A stretch of DNA of 64,000 nucleotides from an uncultured delta proteobacterium. Its GTDB lineage: Bacteria; Desulfobacterota; Binatia; UBA9968. Below are positions 48,298-58,412 of the stretch, piece after piece. Every line of letters starts with the position of its first letter. Positions within the stretch are counted from its first letter, which is position 1. The notes below the pieces were generated by a model that ran no database searches, was not told where the DNA came from, and saw nothing but the letters and a program-made list of their open reading frames with translations. Location of the stretch: positions 352,001-416,000 of the forward strand of contig CAWJZV010000046.1 of the NCBI GenBank assembly GCA_963847445.1, read 5' to 3'. The translations under genes were made by a program, and so were the position numbers.

Positions 48298-49699
48298 ATG
48301 GCTAATTCTGCTGCACCGACTTTACAGTTCCTGGGCGCCGCCGGCGGTGTCACCGGATCGAAGTTTCTATTCTCAAACAATTCGGACCAAGTCTTAATCG
48401 ATTGCGGTTTGTTCCAGGGACTGAAAGAGCTGCGCCTGAGAAATTGGGCGCCGTTGCCCATCGATCTCGCCCAGTTGCGCTCTGTCGTTCTCACCCATGC
48501 CCATATCGATCACTCGGGCTATCTGCCGCGAATCGTTGCCAAAGGTTTTCGCGGACCGGTTTATGCGACACCGGGAACTTGCGATCTGTTGGGTGTGATG
48601 TTGCCGGACGCGGCGCACTTGCAGGAAGAGGAGGCGCGCTACGCCAATCGCAAGGGCTACTCGAAGCATTCTCCTGCGTTGCCGCTGTACACTTGGAAGA
48701 TGCCGAGGCGGCTTTGAAGTTACTGCGGCCGGTGCGCGTCGGTGAAAAAGTCGAAGTAGCCAAAGGCGTTGTGCTCGACTTCGGCCGGGTCGGTCATATT
48801 CTCGGCGCTGGTTCGGCGCGCTTTAGCTTTGAGATCAACGGCCAAAAGAAAACCTTGGTCGACTCGGGTGATCTGGGTCGCTACGACCGGCCGATCTTGA
48901 AAGATCCCGAGCCGGGCGGCAGCGCGGATTGGCTGATGATCGAGTCGACTTACGGCAATCGCATTCATCCAAAGGATTCCGAAGCGGCGTTGCGCGCGTT
49001 GATTAAGGAGACCGCGGAACAACGGCGTTGTCTAATCATCCCTGCGTTCGCCATCGGCCGGACCCAAGACTTGGTCTATACGATTCGCAAGATGGAGGAT
49101 GAAGGGGAGATCCCGGCGATTCCGGTGTACGTCGATAGCCCGATGGGCATCGAAGCGACCGAGATTTATTCGCGCCACACCGATGAGCATGATTTTGCAA
49201 TGGCGCAGCTGAGCAGTCACGAGCGCAACCCGTTGCGCTCGCGCCATATGATCGTGGCGAAGAGCCCGGAGCAATCGAAAGCGATCAACGATGCCAAGGG
49301 CGCGTTGATTATCATTTCGGCGAGCGGCATGGCGACGGGTGGCCGGGTGCTGCACCATTTGAAGCATCGATTGCCCAATCCGGATACGACGGTCTTGCTC
49401 GCCGGCTACCAGGCCGAGGGCACCCGCGGTCGTCGCTTCAAGACGGCGCCAAGGAAATCAAAATGCTCGGTGAAGTGATTCCGGTGCGCGCCAAGGTGAG
49501 AGTCCTCGACGGCTTTTCCGCCCACGCGGATCAAGGCGAGATCCTCCGCTGGCTCGCCACGTTTACCAAGCCGCCGAAGATGACCTATGTCGTCCATGGT
49601 GAGAAAGCCGGCGCGACGGCACTGGCTGAGGCGATTCGCGAACGGCTCAAGTGGAACGTCGAGATCGCCAGGTTTCAGCAGAAAGGTGAACTGGCGTAG
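48298..49699 (+). CDS. MBL-fold beta-CASP ribonuclease (frameshifts)
   Basis: [38 protein letters not shown] and VHGE. Confidence 0.9.
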
Positions 49700-49749
49700 A
49701 ATGGAGGTGGGACCGGGCGGCCTTCGGTGCGCACTGGCGCAAAGGGTCG

Positions 49750-50366
49750 ATGAAGGGCGAAAACAAAATGCTCGATCCGATCTGTGACATGACTGTCGAT
49801 CCGGCGAAGGCTGCCGGGAAATTCGACTTCGATGGTACGACTTATTATTTCTGCAGCGTCCATTGTCAGAATATTCCAAACCGATCCTGCCAAATATCTC
49901 GCTGCCGCTAAGGTGCGCCAGAGTTCGCAACCATCGGCGCCGGAGGCGCACCCGCTTGAATCGAAACCGGAGATTGCCGGCGCTATCTACACCTGTCCGA
50001 TGGACCCCGAGGTGCGCCAACAGGGTGCCGGCGCCAAGTGCGGCATGGCGCTGGAGCCGCTCGACATCGGCGCGGCGCTGACCAAAACGGAATATACCTG
50101 CCCGATGCATCCCGAAGTCGTCAGCGATGCGCCGGGCTCTTGTCCGAAATGCGGCATGGCGCTGGAGGCGCGGACAGAATCTGTGGGCACGGCGGTGAAG
50201 CCGGTGTTTACTTTGAAGCAGCGGCAGTGATTACCATGTTGGTCTTACTCGGCCAGGTGCTCGAACTGCGCGCACGCAGCAGGACCAGCGGTGCGATCCG
50301 TAGTCCCATGATCGCCAGCGCGGCATGACTTCAGTCAGGTCGGTGATTTCAAATGCGCTGCGATAA
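49750..50366 (+). pseudogene. copA: Internally deleted CopA-type heavy-metal P-type ATPase remnant
   Basis: YHS-like domain, two YTCPM(D/H)PEV...KCGMALE domains, then YFEAAAVIT...RTSGAIR joined to C-terminal SPMIASAAM...NALR. Confidence 0.7.
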
Positions 50367-50594
50367 GTTGAGCTTAACTTATCTTCCGCCCAATTTGCCG
50401 GCAGCGATTGCTTAGGAATACATCAAAGTGATGAATCTGATCGTCATTGAGTATTGGCAAGGATTCGTCCGCCAGTGCCGGATCGCGAATTTCTCCAGCG
50501 AACTTGTTTAATTTCACTGATGTTTAGAGTAATAGTGGCTACGCCGTGCAGCCGCGGTGTTGGTTTTGCATTAAGCTGCAGCTTGGATAAATCA

Positions 50595-51743
50595 ATGGCA
50601 ATTCTAAAAGTCGAAGGCGTCACTAAACTTTATAAAGACCTAAAGGCGCTCGACAACGTCAGTTTCGAGTTCGAGAAGGGGATTCTGTCGTTTCTCGGGC
50701 CCTCGGGTTGTGGCAAGACAACGTTGTTGCGTTCGATCGCTGGGCTGGAAATTCCCGATGCGGGATCGATTTCGATCGCCGACAAGGTCCAGACCTCCAT
50801 CGAAGGCGGGGTTCTGATTCCGCCTTATTCCCGCGAGATCGGCTTTGTCTTTCAAAACTACGCGCTCTGGCCGCATATGACGGTGTTTAAAAACGTCGCC
50901 TTTTCATTGAATCTTCGCAAGTTCCCGGCGGATGAAATCAGACGGCGCGTGTTGGCTTGCTTGGATCTCGTCGGGCTCGGCGGGCGCGAGGAGCGTTATC
51001 CGTCGCAGTTGAGCGGCGGCCAACAGCAGCGGGTCGCCTTGGCACGCAGCATCGTCCTTGAGCCGCGCTTGATCTTGCTCGACGAGCCGCTCAGCAATCT
51101 CGACGCCAAACTGCGCGAAGAGATGCGCGTCGAACTGAAGAAGCTGATCAAGAAAGTCGGCATCAGCGCGCTCTACGTGACCCACGACCAGGAAGAGGCG
51201 TTCGTCATTTCCGACAAGGTCATTGTCATGAACGCCGGGAAAATTTTGCAGTATGACACGCCGGACGAGCTCTACAGCCATCCGTCCGATCCGTTTGTCG
51301 CGTCGTTTATCGGCCATTCGACTTTGGTCGAAGGCAACGTGATCAAGACTGTCGGTGGCGAATGCGTGGTGCAGGTTCCCGAGTTCGACAATGCGACGCT
51401 GATTTGCGCCGCTCCTAAGATCGGTATTGCCAGCGGGCCGTGCAGCGTGGTGATCAAGAACGGCGATTTGCGCTTGAGCCATGAAAAGTTCGCCGCCGAT
51501 GCCATCAACGTTCTCGAAGGCACCATGATGAGCCGGGAGTACCGCGGCGGTTTAACCGATCACCGCGTGCAGATCGGTGCCAAAGAAGTGGTCGTCACCT
51601 CACACCGGCTATGCCCGATGATTAGCGTCAACGGCGAGAGCGGTAAAGTGTTTCTCTGCATCGAAAAATCGGCCATCAGCCTCATCCCCCAACGCGCCTC
51701 CGCTGTAGCGTCTAAGCAACCCCGAGGAGAATTGCCAGCGTGA
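50595..51743 (+). CDS. ABC transporter ATP-binding protein (Fe3+/polyamine type)
   Basis: GPSGCGKTT, LSGGQQQRV and LLDEPLSNLD. Confidence 0.92.
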   Translation: MAILKVEGVTKLYKDLKALDNVSFEFEKGILSFLGPSGCGKTTLLRSIAGLEIPDAGSISIADKVQTSIEGGVLIPPYSREIGFVFQNYALWPHMTVFKNVAFSLNLRKFPADEIRRRVLACLDLVGLGGREERYPSQLSGGQQQRVALARSIVLEPRLILLDEPLSNLDAKLREEMRVELKKLIKKVGISALYVTHDQEEAFVISDKVIVMNAGKILQYDTPDELYSHPSDPFVASFIGHSTLVEGNVIKTVGGECVVQVPEFDNATLICAAPKIGIASGPCSVVIKNGDLRLSHEKFAADAINVLEGTMMSREYRGGLTDHRVQIGAKEVVVTSHRLCPMISVNGESGKVFLCIEKSAISLIPQRASAVASKQPRGELPA

Positions 51744-51761
51744 CTTGGAAAGCAAATCGGC

Positions 51762-53438
51762 TTGCCCTGCGGCAGGGAAGTCTTATTCCCGCTCTGCGCC
51801 AGTACCGTCGCCGGTGTCGTGATCATCACGCCCGTCCTGGTGGTTTTGTGGCGCAGTTTCACCAGCGGCAAGTTGGGCTTCACCGTCGGCCTTAACGTCA
51901 CCAACTATCTGCGCGTGTTTGCCGACAAAGATATTTGGCCGATGCTCAGCAATTCGCTGGTCTACGCCGGCGGGTCGGCGCTTCTCGGGACGGGCCTCGG
52001 CGCACTCTTGGCGTGGATCGTGGCGCGGACCAACACCCCGGGTAAAGGCTTGGTCGAGCTGATGCCGCTCTACCCGCTGCTGATGCCGCCGATCATGAAA
52101 AACATCGCGTGGATACTGCTGCTGGCGCCGAAATCCGGCATCTTAAATGGCCTGCTCGACCAGTTTCTCGGTATCACCTATCCGGTCTTCAACGCATTCA
52201 GTATGGCGGGGATGATTTGGACCTTCGGCATCGCCTGCGTGCCGTTAGGCTATTTGTTCCTGCTGCCGGTGTTCTTATCTTTCGATCCATCGTTAGAAGA
52301 GAGCGCCTATATCGCCGGCAGCCGGCCGGTGCATACCATGCTGAAAATTACCTTTCCCTTGGCGATGCCGGCGTTTATCTCGGCCTTTGTGCTGAACTTT
52401 CTACGCGCGTTGCGTTCCTTCGAGACGCCGGTGTTGCAGGGGACGCCGGGCAATATCAAAGTATTTGTCAGCCGGGTTTACGACTCCATGGCTCTGGAGT
52501 TCAACACCGGGCTGGCCACGGCGTATAGTGTCGTGCTGGTCGTCTTGTCGGTCATAACGCTTTATTTCTACGTGCGCGCGACACGCTTCTCCGAGCGCTA
52601 CGCGACCATCACCGGCAAAGGCTATCGCGTCCGCGTCATCGACATCGGCCCGTGGAAATATGTTACCTTCGCGGCGGTCTGTCTATATTTTCTCGCCGGC
52701 ATCGCCATCCCGTTCGTGGTGCTGATCGTCGTGTCGATCATTCCGTACTTCGATTACGAGACGTTCATGAGCTTTCCGTCGCACATGGGGCTGAACAATT
52801 ACCGCACCGTGCTGCGCCACGCGAGCTTCCTGAATGGGCTGCGCAACTCAGTGCTGTTGTCCGTCGTGATCGCCTTGGTCACGGTATTCGCCGCCATCGT
52901 CATGGCGTTTACGATTCATCGCACCCGCGCGGTGGGCACCAAGATTTTTGAGTTCATCGGCACCTTGCCGCTGGCCTTTCCGCCGCTGGTTCTGTCCGTC
53001 GGGCTGGTGATCATTTTTATCGGCACGCCGCTGTATAACAGCCTGTGGGCGCTCGGATTGGGCTTGTTCGTTGCCTACTTTCCCTACGCGTTTCGCAACG
53101 CTTCGGGAGCCATCGTCAATATTCATAAGGAACTTGACGAAGCGGCATGGGTGCATGGCGCGAAGTGGCGCCATGTATTCTTCAAAGTCACCCTGCCGAT
53201 CTTGAAACCCGCGGTCGGCGGCGCGCTCTTCTACATTTTCATTGAGGCGATTCGCAACGTCGACGTCGCCGTGCTATTGACCGCGCCAGGTCTGGAATAT
53301 GGACCGGTGACGTTATTCGAGTATTTTCGTGTCGGCCAGTGGGCCGAGGCGGCCGCCGGCGGTGTGATCTACTTAATTATCTTGATTGTTGCCGTGTCTG
53401 TGGCTAAATTCGCTTTCAAAATGAAGTTCAGTCTGTGA
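51762..53438 (+). CDS. ABC permease, FbpB-like duplicated (true start probably GTG near 51740)
   Basis: Multiple TM segments; two EAA-type loops (LEESA, LDEAA) and YATITGKG. Confidence 0.88.
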   Translation: MPCGREVLFPLCASTVAGVVIITPVLVVLWRSFTSGKLGFTVGLNVTNYLRVFADKDIWPMLSNSLVYAGGSALLGTGLGALLAWIVARTNTPGKGLVELMPLYPLLMPPIMKNIAWILLLAPKSGILNGLLDQFLGITYPVFNAFSMAGMIWTFGIACVPLGYLFLLPVFLSFDPSLEESAYIAGSRPVHTMLKITFPLAMPAFISAFVLNFLRALRSFETPVLQGTPGNIKVFVSRVYDSMALEFNTGLATAYSVVLVVLSVITLYFYVRATRFSERYATITGKGYRVRVIDIGPWKYVTFAAVCLYFLAGIAIPFVVLIVVSIIPYFDYETFMSFPSHMGLNNYRTVLRHASFLNGLRNSVLLSVVIALVTVFAAIVMAFTIHRTRAVGTKIFEFIGTLPLAFPPLVLSVGLVIIFIGTPLYNSLWALGLGLFVAYFPYAFRNASGAIVNIHKELDEAAWVHGAKWRHVFFKVTLPILKPAVGGALFYIFIEAIRNVDVAVLLTAPGLEYGPVTLFEYFRVGQWAEAAAGGVIYLIILIVAVSVAKFAFKMKFSL

Positions 53439-53441
53439 CGG

Positions 53442-54647
53442 TTGGTCATATCAACGAATTCAAACCAGGGGAGGGTAGCATGCAAAGGAATCCGAGGATG
53501 GTTATGGCTCATCGCGTTGTCAGCGAGCCTGTTTTTTGGCCCGGCGTTCGGCGCCGAGAAAACGCCCGCTAAAGAAACCGTGAAAGACGCCGCGAAGGCG
53601 CCCGCTGCGGCCAAGAAGACCGGCGGCCAACAGGTAAAGAGCGAAACCGCGAGTGCGACGGCCACCGCCAAAGCCGCCAAGGCGTTTGCCCAAGTGAGCG
53701 CCGAGCTATATCCAAAGGCCAAGCAGGAAGGAAATCTAGTGGTCTACTCGGTTTGGGATGTCGAGCATCTCAGAGTGATCACCGAGGCGTTCATGAAACG
53801 CTATCCGGGAATCAAGGCGACCTTTTGGCAAGGCAGAAATCCCGAAATCGTCACCCGCGCGCTAACCGAATTCCAAGGCGGGCAGGCGAGCTTCGATGTC
53901 GTGCTTTCCGACAATGCGCCGGCGGTGATTCGTGCCGCCGGGGCGATCATGGATTACAACACGGTGCAGCGCGATGTCTTGTATCTGCACGATCCCAACA
54001 TGGCGACAGTGAGTTTGCAGATCCAGGCGCTGGCTTACAACACCAAGAAAATCAAGCCGGCGGATTTGCCGAAGAGTTGGGAAGAGGTGGCAACTCCCAA
54101 GTACAAGGGCATGATCGCCCTTGACGATCCGATGCGCGCCGGGCCGCTGAGCTCGATGCTCGCCGGCTTGAAAACCCAATGGAAGGATGACGCGCGCTTG
54201 AATAATTTCATCCGCAATCTAAAAGCGCTCGGCGTGCCGGTACACAAGAGCACCAGCGCAATGTTTCGCCTGGTGATCTCCGGCGAATACGCGATCTGCA
54301 TGCCGGCGCTGCTTCACGATGTCATGGAAGAGATGCACAAGGGGACGCCTGTGGGCTACGTCAAAACGGTGCCGCCCGTGGTGTTCCCCCGCCAAGCAGC
54401 TATTTATGCCAAAGCGCCCAATCCAAATACGGCGAAACTTTTCGCCGAGTGGTTGATTTCCGACGAGGGGCAAAAAACCACCGATTCGATTGGCCGCGAG
54501 ACTTCGCGTAACGATTTCAAATCCAAGACTTCGATCGAATCGGCCTATGGCAAGAACATGAAGCCGCTGCCGGTGATCGATCAACAGTTTCTCGAAGATC
54601 CCAAGAGCTGGCTCGATAAGTTCGTGAAGCCGATCTGGGAAGGGTAG
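53442..54647 (+). CDS. Fe3+/thiamine-type ABC substrate-binding protein (likely start ATG 53480 with an indel)
   Basis: AKQEGNLVVYS, YNTKKI and APNPNTAKLFAEWLIS. Confidence 0.85.
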   Translation: MVISTNSNQGRVACKGIRGWLWLIALSASLFFGPAFGAEKTPAKETVKDAAKAPAAAKKTGGQQVKSETASATATAKAAKAFAQVSAELYPKAKQEGNLVVYSVWDVEHLRVITEAFMKRYPGIKATFWQGRNPEIVTRALTEFQGGQASFDVVLSDNAPAVIRAAGAIMDYNTVQRDVLYLHDPNMATVSLQIQALAYNTKKIKPADLPKSWEEVATPKYKGMIALDDPMRAGPLSSMLAGLKTQWKDDARLNNFIRNLKALGVPVHKSTSAMFRLVISGEYAICMPALLHDVMEEMHKGTPVGYVKTVPPVVFPRQAAIYAKAPNPNTAKLFAEWLISDEGQKTTDSIGRETSRNDFKSKTSIESAYGKNMKPLPVIDQQFLEDPKSWLDKFVKPIWEG

Positions 54648-54680
54648 TTGCGCTGTTCAGTCAATCGCGTCTTGGCAAAA

Positions 54681-54718
54681 GGGGAAGCCGGCGGATGATC
54701 GCACCCGCCGGCTTCCCC
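54681..54718. terminator. Terminator-like hairpin
   Basis: ggggaagccggcgg / ccgccggcttcccc. Confidence 0.65.
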
Positions 54719-54910
54719 GTGTGTCGTAATACTATCGATAATTCGCCGCGCGGTGTTCGGGCCATTCTCTAGAAATACGCGATATCGGTGTGGTAATTTC
54801 ACCGGACTCGTTAGAGCGTTTGGCTCCATGCGTCAACTCCGTTAAGCGATCCATCTCGAGATGCATGATTTTCTGGCGGCGATCGCCAGAGCTTGAACTT
54901 AGACCGATAC

Positions 54911-55002
54911 GGAGAGATGGCCGAGTGGTCTAAGGCGCACGCCTGCTAAGCGTGTTTACGGTTAAATCCGTAACGAGGGTTCAAATCCCTCTCTCTCCGC
55001 CA
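54911..55002 (+). tRNA. tRNA-Ser(GCU)
   Basis: cacgc-ctGCTaa-gcgtg anticodon arm, long variable arm, CCA. Confidence 0.96.
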
Positions 55003-55024
55003 CTTTGCCTTGCGGCATTCCGGA

Positions 55025-55080
55025 TTCAAATTACAGATTCCAGATCTCAAATATCTGGAATTTGCAATCTGTAATTTGAA
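55025..55080. repeat. Heptamer-period hairpin between the two tRNAs
   Basis: Perfect 15-bp IR ttcaaattacagatt / aatctgtaatttgaa plus inner ccagat/atctgg. Confidence 0.75.
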
Positions 55081-55089
55081 ATTTAGCAG

Positions 55090-55166
55090 GCGCCCGTAGC
55101 TCAATTGGACAGAGCACCAGACTACGAATCTGGGGGTTGGCGGTTCAACTCCGTCCGGGCGCGCCA
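55090..55166 (+). tRNA. tRNA-Arg(ACG)
   Basis: ccaga-ctACGaa-tctgg anticodon arm; GCGCCCG acceptor stem; CCA. Confidence 0.96.
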
Positions 55167-55198
55167 TCTGTTACTGATCAATTTTTCGCAACTAAAGA

Positions 55199-55495
55199 AT
55201 GAGGCGCAAACGATGTTACGCTATAGGTTTCCGCTTCGGCGGGCGGTTTGTCTGGCTTTTTGTTCTAGCCACAACTCTCGGCGGTTGTACTACGACTTCG
55301 GAACAGGTGCCGGCGTTTCATTCGGTCCGCCAAGAGCGACCCTCTGGCTTTGTCGATCGACTTCTGGATACTTTTTCCGAGCGCGAGTGTAACGTTGGCC
55401 GGTTTACCTGTTCCTACGGCTTGGGTTCCGCCGGGGAGCCTTGTGATTGTGTCGGCCCCGGCAACGTGGTTTTCAAGGGTTACACGATCAAATGA
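55199..55495 (+). CDS. Small Cys-rich lipoprotein
   Basis: Lipobox LGGC; C-terminal C-x6-C-x10-C-x-C. Confidence 0.6.
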   Translation: MRRKRCYAIGFRFGGRFVWLFVLATTLGGCTTTSEQVPAFHSVRQERPSGFVDRLLDTFSERECNVGRFTCSYGLGSAGEPCDCVGPGNVVFKGYTIK

Positions 55496-55509
55496 ACCAG
55501 CATCACAAA

Positions 55510-55680
55510 TTTGTCGTTATCGACAAAAAACATTTATGCGCTGTACAAGTTTCGCTCCGGCGTTGCGATGTGATTTAAGGCAATTCCTCGCCATCCAGCG
55601 CCCAGGCGACGCCGTCAATTTTATCGGAGATTCCCTGCTTCGTGCTGAAGCTAACCGCCAGCCAAGGCATGCTTGTTGCT
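55510..55680 (+). promoter_or_regulatory. Candidate sigma-54 promoter with upstream palindromic enhancer site
   Basis: tttgtcg-ttat-cgacaaa (55510-55527); aaGGcatgcttgttGCt (55664-55680) with GG-N10-GC. Confidence 0.5.
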
Positions 55681-55711
55681 TTCTAAGCATTTCTTCGGGT
55701 GTCTAGGAACC

Positions 55712-56117
55712 ATGGTTAACGGTCAAGACAAGAAGATTCTAATCGTCGAAAAGCAGCCCAACTACACGCAGCAGCTGGTCAAGCAAGTCATGTTTGCCGG
55801 GCTGTCGCCGGTGGTCGCGGTGACCGGTGAGGGCGGGATTCGCAAGGCTATCGAGCACCATCCGGATTTGATTTTGCTTGAGCTCGATCTCACCGACATG
55901 GATGGGCTGCGCTTTGTCTCGTTATTGAAGAGAACGCGAGAGCGTGCAGAAAATTCCGATCGTCGCCATGAGCATCGTCGGCCAAATGAAAGCCGCGGCG
56001 CTCAAGGGAGGCTGCAACGACTTCATTAGTAAGCCGGTGAAGATGATCGAACTGATGGCCCATATCCGGCAGTTTATCTATGGGCTCTCGCGCGCGCCAA
56101 TGAAGTCACTAGGCTGA
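55712..56117 (+). CDS. Single-domain response regulator, atypical (frameshift near 55945)
   Basis: KILIVE, PDLILLEL...MDGL and GCNDFISKPV. Confidence 0.75.
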
Positions 56118-56645
56118 GTCTGGCGGCGGTCCACACTGCCATGAAACGCTCTAGCACTCTTCAGCGACGTTCAACTCGCGAAGATCGATCTTCTAGTCAA
56201 CAACCCCGCAATCTGTTTCCGCTGTGACCGCTGCAAGAGCGTGTTCCGGTCGGAGACCTCGAGCGCGACCATTGGTTGCTACTTCAGTCGTGAACGCCGA
56301 GTTCATCGATCCAGCAAGCACGCAGCGCTTGTCGGCGACGAGCGCAGCGGCTCCAGTTCGACGTGCTGATCGACGCAGATTCTGTGCTATTACGCGACTC
56401 ATAGTTTTGCTTTCGGCGCTAGCCGCTTATCCGAGCCGTTCCGGCAAGCCCTCTCATATGCTCTCGCGGGTTAGACGGACTTTCGGCGCTCTAGCCTTCA
56501 AATGAAGTATGAGGCGATCGATTCCAGGGCTTGTCGCCGGCATTAGAAAGCGGTAGTTAGTCCGCTAAGAGATTTGCCTTGTGTCAGTTCGTCAGTTTGC
56601 GGTTGGGTCGCTAGGAAAAATTGTCGACCGAAAGGAGTAGCGATT

Positions 56646-57467
56646 ATGTCGATCATAACCATCGCTCACGGGGCCTATAGCGGCGGCAATGCGATCGCCG
56701 ACTACCGTCGCCCAAGACTCTCGGTTACAAATCCATCGATCGGGAGGTGTTGATCGAGGCGAGCAAGCGTTACGGGATTCCGGAGGCAAAGTATGTCGAA
56801 GTGCTCGAGGCTGAAAGCCGCTGGTGGGAACGCTGGCGCGAGAGTTTGACGACTCTACCGGATCACCTTGCAGGCGGCGATGTGTGAGGTCGCTCAAGGG
56901 CGGCCAATTGGTTTATCACGGCCGAGCGGGACAACAGCTGCTACCCGGCATCAGTCATGTCTTACGCGTGCTGATCGTCGCGCCGATGGACTATCGCATC
57001 GGTGTCGTTCGTGCCCAGAAGGGCATGGATGAGCAGAATGCCCGGCAGTTTATTCATGAACTCGATCGCGTGCGCGGCCGGCGCTTTCGCGCCTTGTTCA
57101 ACGACGATTGGCAAGACCCAGTGGGTTACGATCTCGTGCTCAATAGCGGGCGGGTGAGCGCTGAGACTGCGGCATCGATCGTTGTTGCATTGTCCGACGC
57201 AGCGAGTTTCAATCGACTGCCGCTTCCAAGGCGGCGTTCGACGATCTGACCACGACGGCACGTGTGCAGGCGGCGCTGATCACGTCGCAAAAAACCCGCA
57301 ACGTGGTTCTGAACGTGCGCAGCGAGGCCGGTCGTGTCAGTATCTCGGGTATCCTCGCCGATCCGGAATTGGAAAAAGAGGTCGTACGGGTTGCCCAGAC
57401 CGTGCCCGGCGTCACTGAGGTCGTCACCGACATCGAACCGCCGCCGATGGAGTATATGCACCCGTGA
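56646..57467 (+). CDS. Cytidylate-kinase-like protein with C-terminal BON domain (frameshifts)
   Basis: MSIITIAHGAYSGG, YHGRAG, YDLVLNS and VPGVTEV. Confidence 0.75.
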
Positions 57468-57533
57468 CGGATCAGTGCTTTCGGTAGTGAAAAGTCCATG
57501 TTGCCAACGAGGTTTGAGCGAATCTATCGATCG

Positions 57534-58032
57534 ATGAGTGCTGCCGACGAAGAATTCATGCGCTTGGCCTTGGCTCAGGCCGTCGCAGCGGCGCGCCAAG
57601 ACGAGGTACCGGTCGGTGCGGTGATGGTTGGCCAATGGGAAAGTCGTTGGCAGCGGCTTCAATCAACGTGAGTCCCGGCAGAATCCGCTGTGCCACGCCG
57701 AGATCGCCGCCATCGACGCGGCGGCCAAACAATTGGGCAGTTGGCGGCTAAGCGACTGCACGATTTACGTTACACTCGAACCCTGCATCATGTGTGTCGG
57801 AGCGATATTACAGGCTCGTGTCGGCAAGCTCGTGTTCGGTTGCCTCGATGCCAAGGCCGGTGCGGTTGAATCTCTTTATCGTTTATGTGAGGATCGGCGC
57901 CTGAATCACCAACTCCCAGTAGTTGGTGGCGTACTGGCGAACGAAGCCGGCGCGCTTTTATCGGAGTTTTTTACCCGTCTGCGCGCGCGCAAGCGCGAGT
58001 CCAAAATTGGGGAGAGGTGGCCGAGCGGTTGA
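57534..58032 (+). CDS. tadA: tRNA adenosine(34) deaminase (frameshift near 57630)
   Basis: EVPVGAV, HAE, TLEPCIMC and LNH. Confidence 0.92.
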
Positions 58033-58100
58033 AGGCGCTTGACTCGAAATCAAGTGTACGGGGAACCGTACCGGGGGTTCAAATCCCTCCCTCTCCGCCA
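58011..58100 (+). tRNA. tRNA-Ser(CGA)
   Basis: cttga-ctCGAaa-tcaag anticodon arm, long variable arm, CCA. Confidence 0.96.
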
Positions 58101-58412
58101 AACCTTTCTTGATCAATATTCAGCGGTTTGACCCTACTCATTGCGTAGGGTGCCGACGATTTAGAAATTCAGCGTTACTCGCTCAAAAATATGGCAACCC
58201 ATTTCGCACGGATCAGTTCGATCCCAGAGGGTACAGCTGGCTTAGCCAAGATAAAGACCGTTGCAAATTAGATTGCTAGGCGAGCGCTATAAATCTCGGT
58301 CCTGCTCGTGGTCTACGAAGAAGATAATTGCAGAGGCTTTGACGGAGCGGCCGCAGTAGCAAACGCGCCAAACTAGATGCCAGCGCGAAGTCAACACCAA
58401 AGGAGCAAGTCG

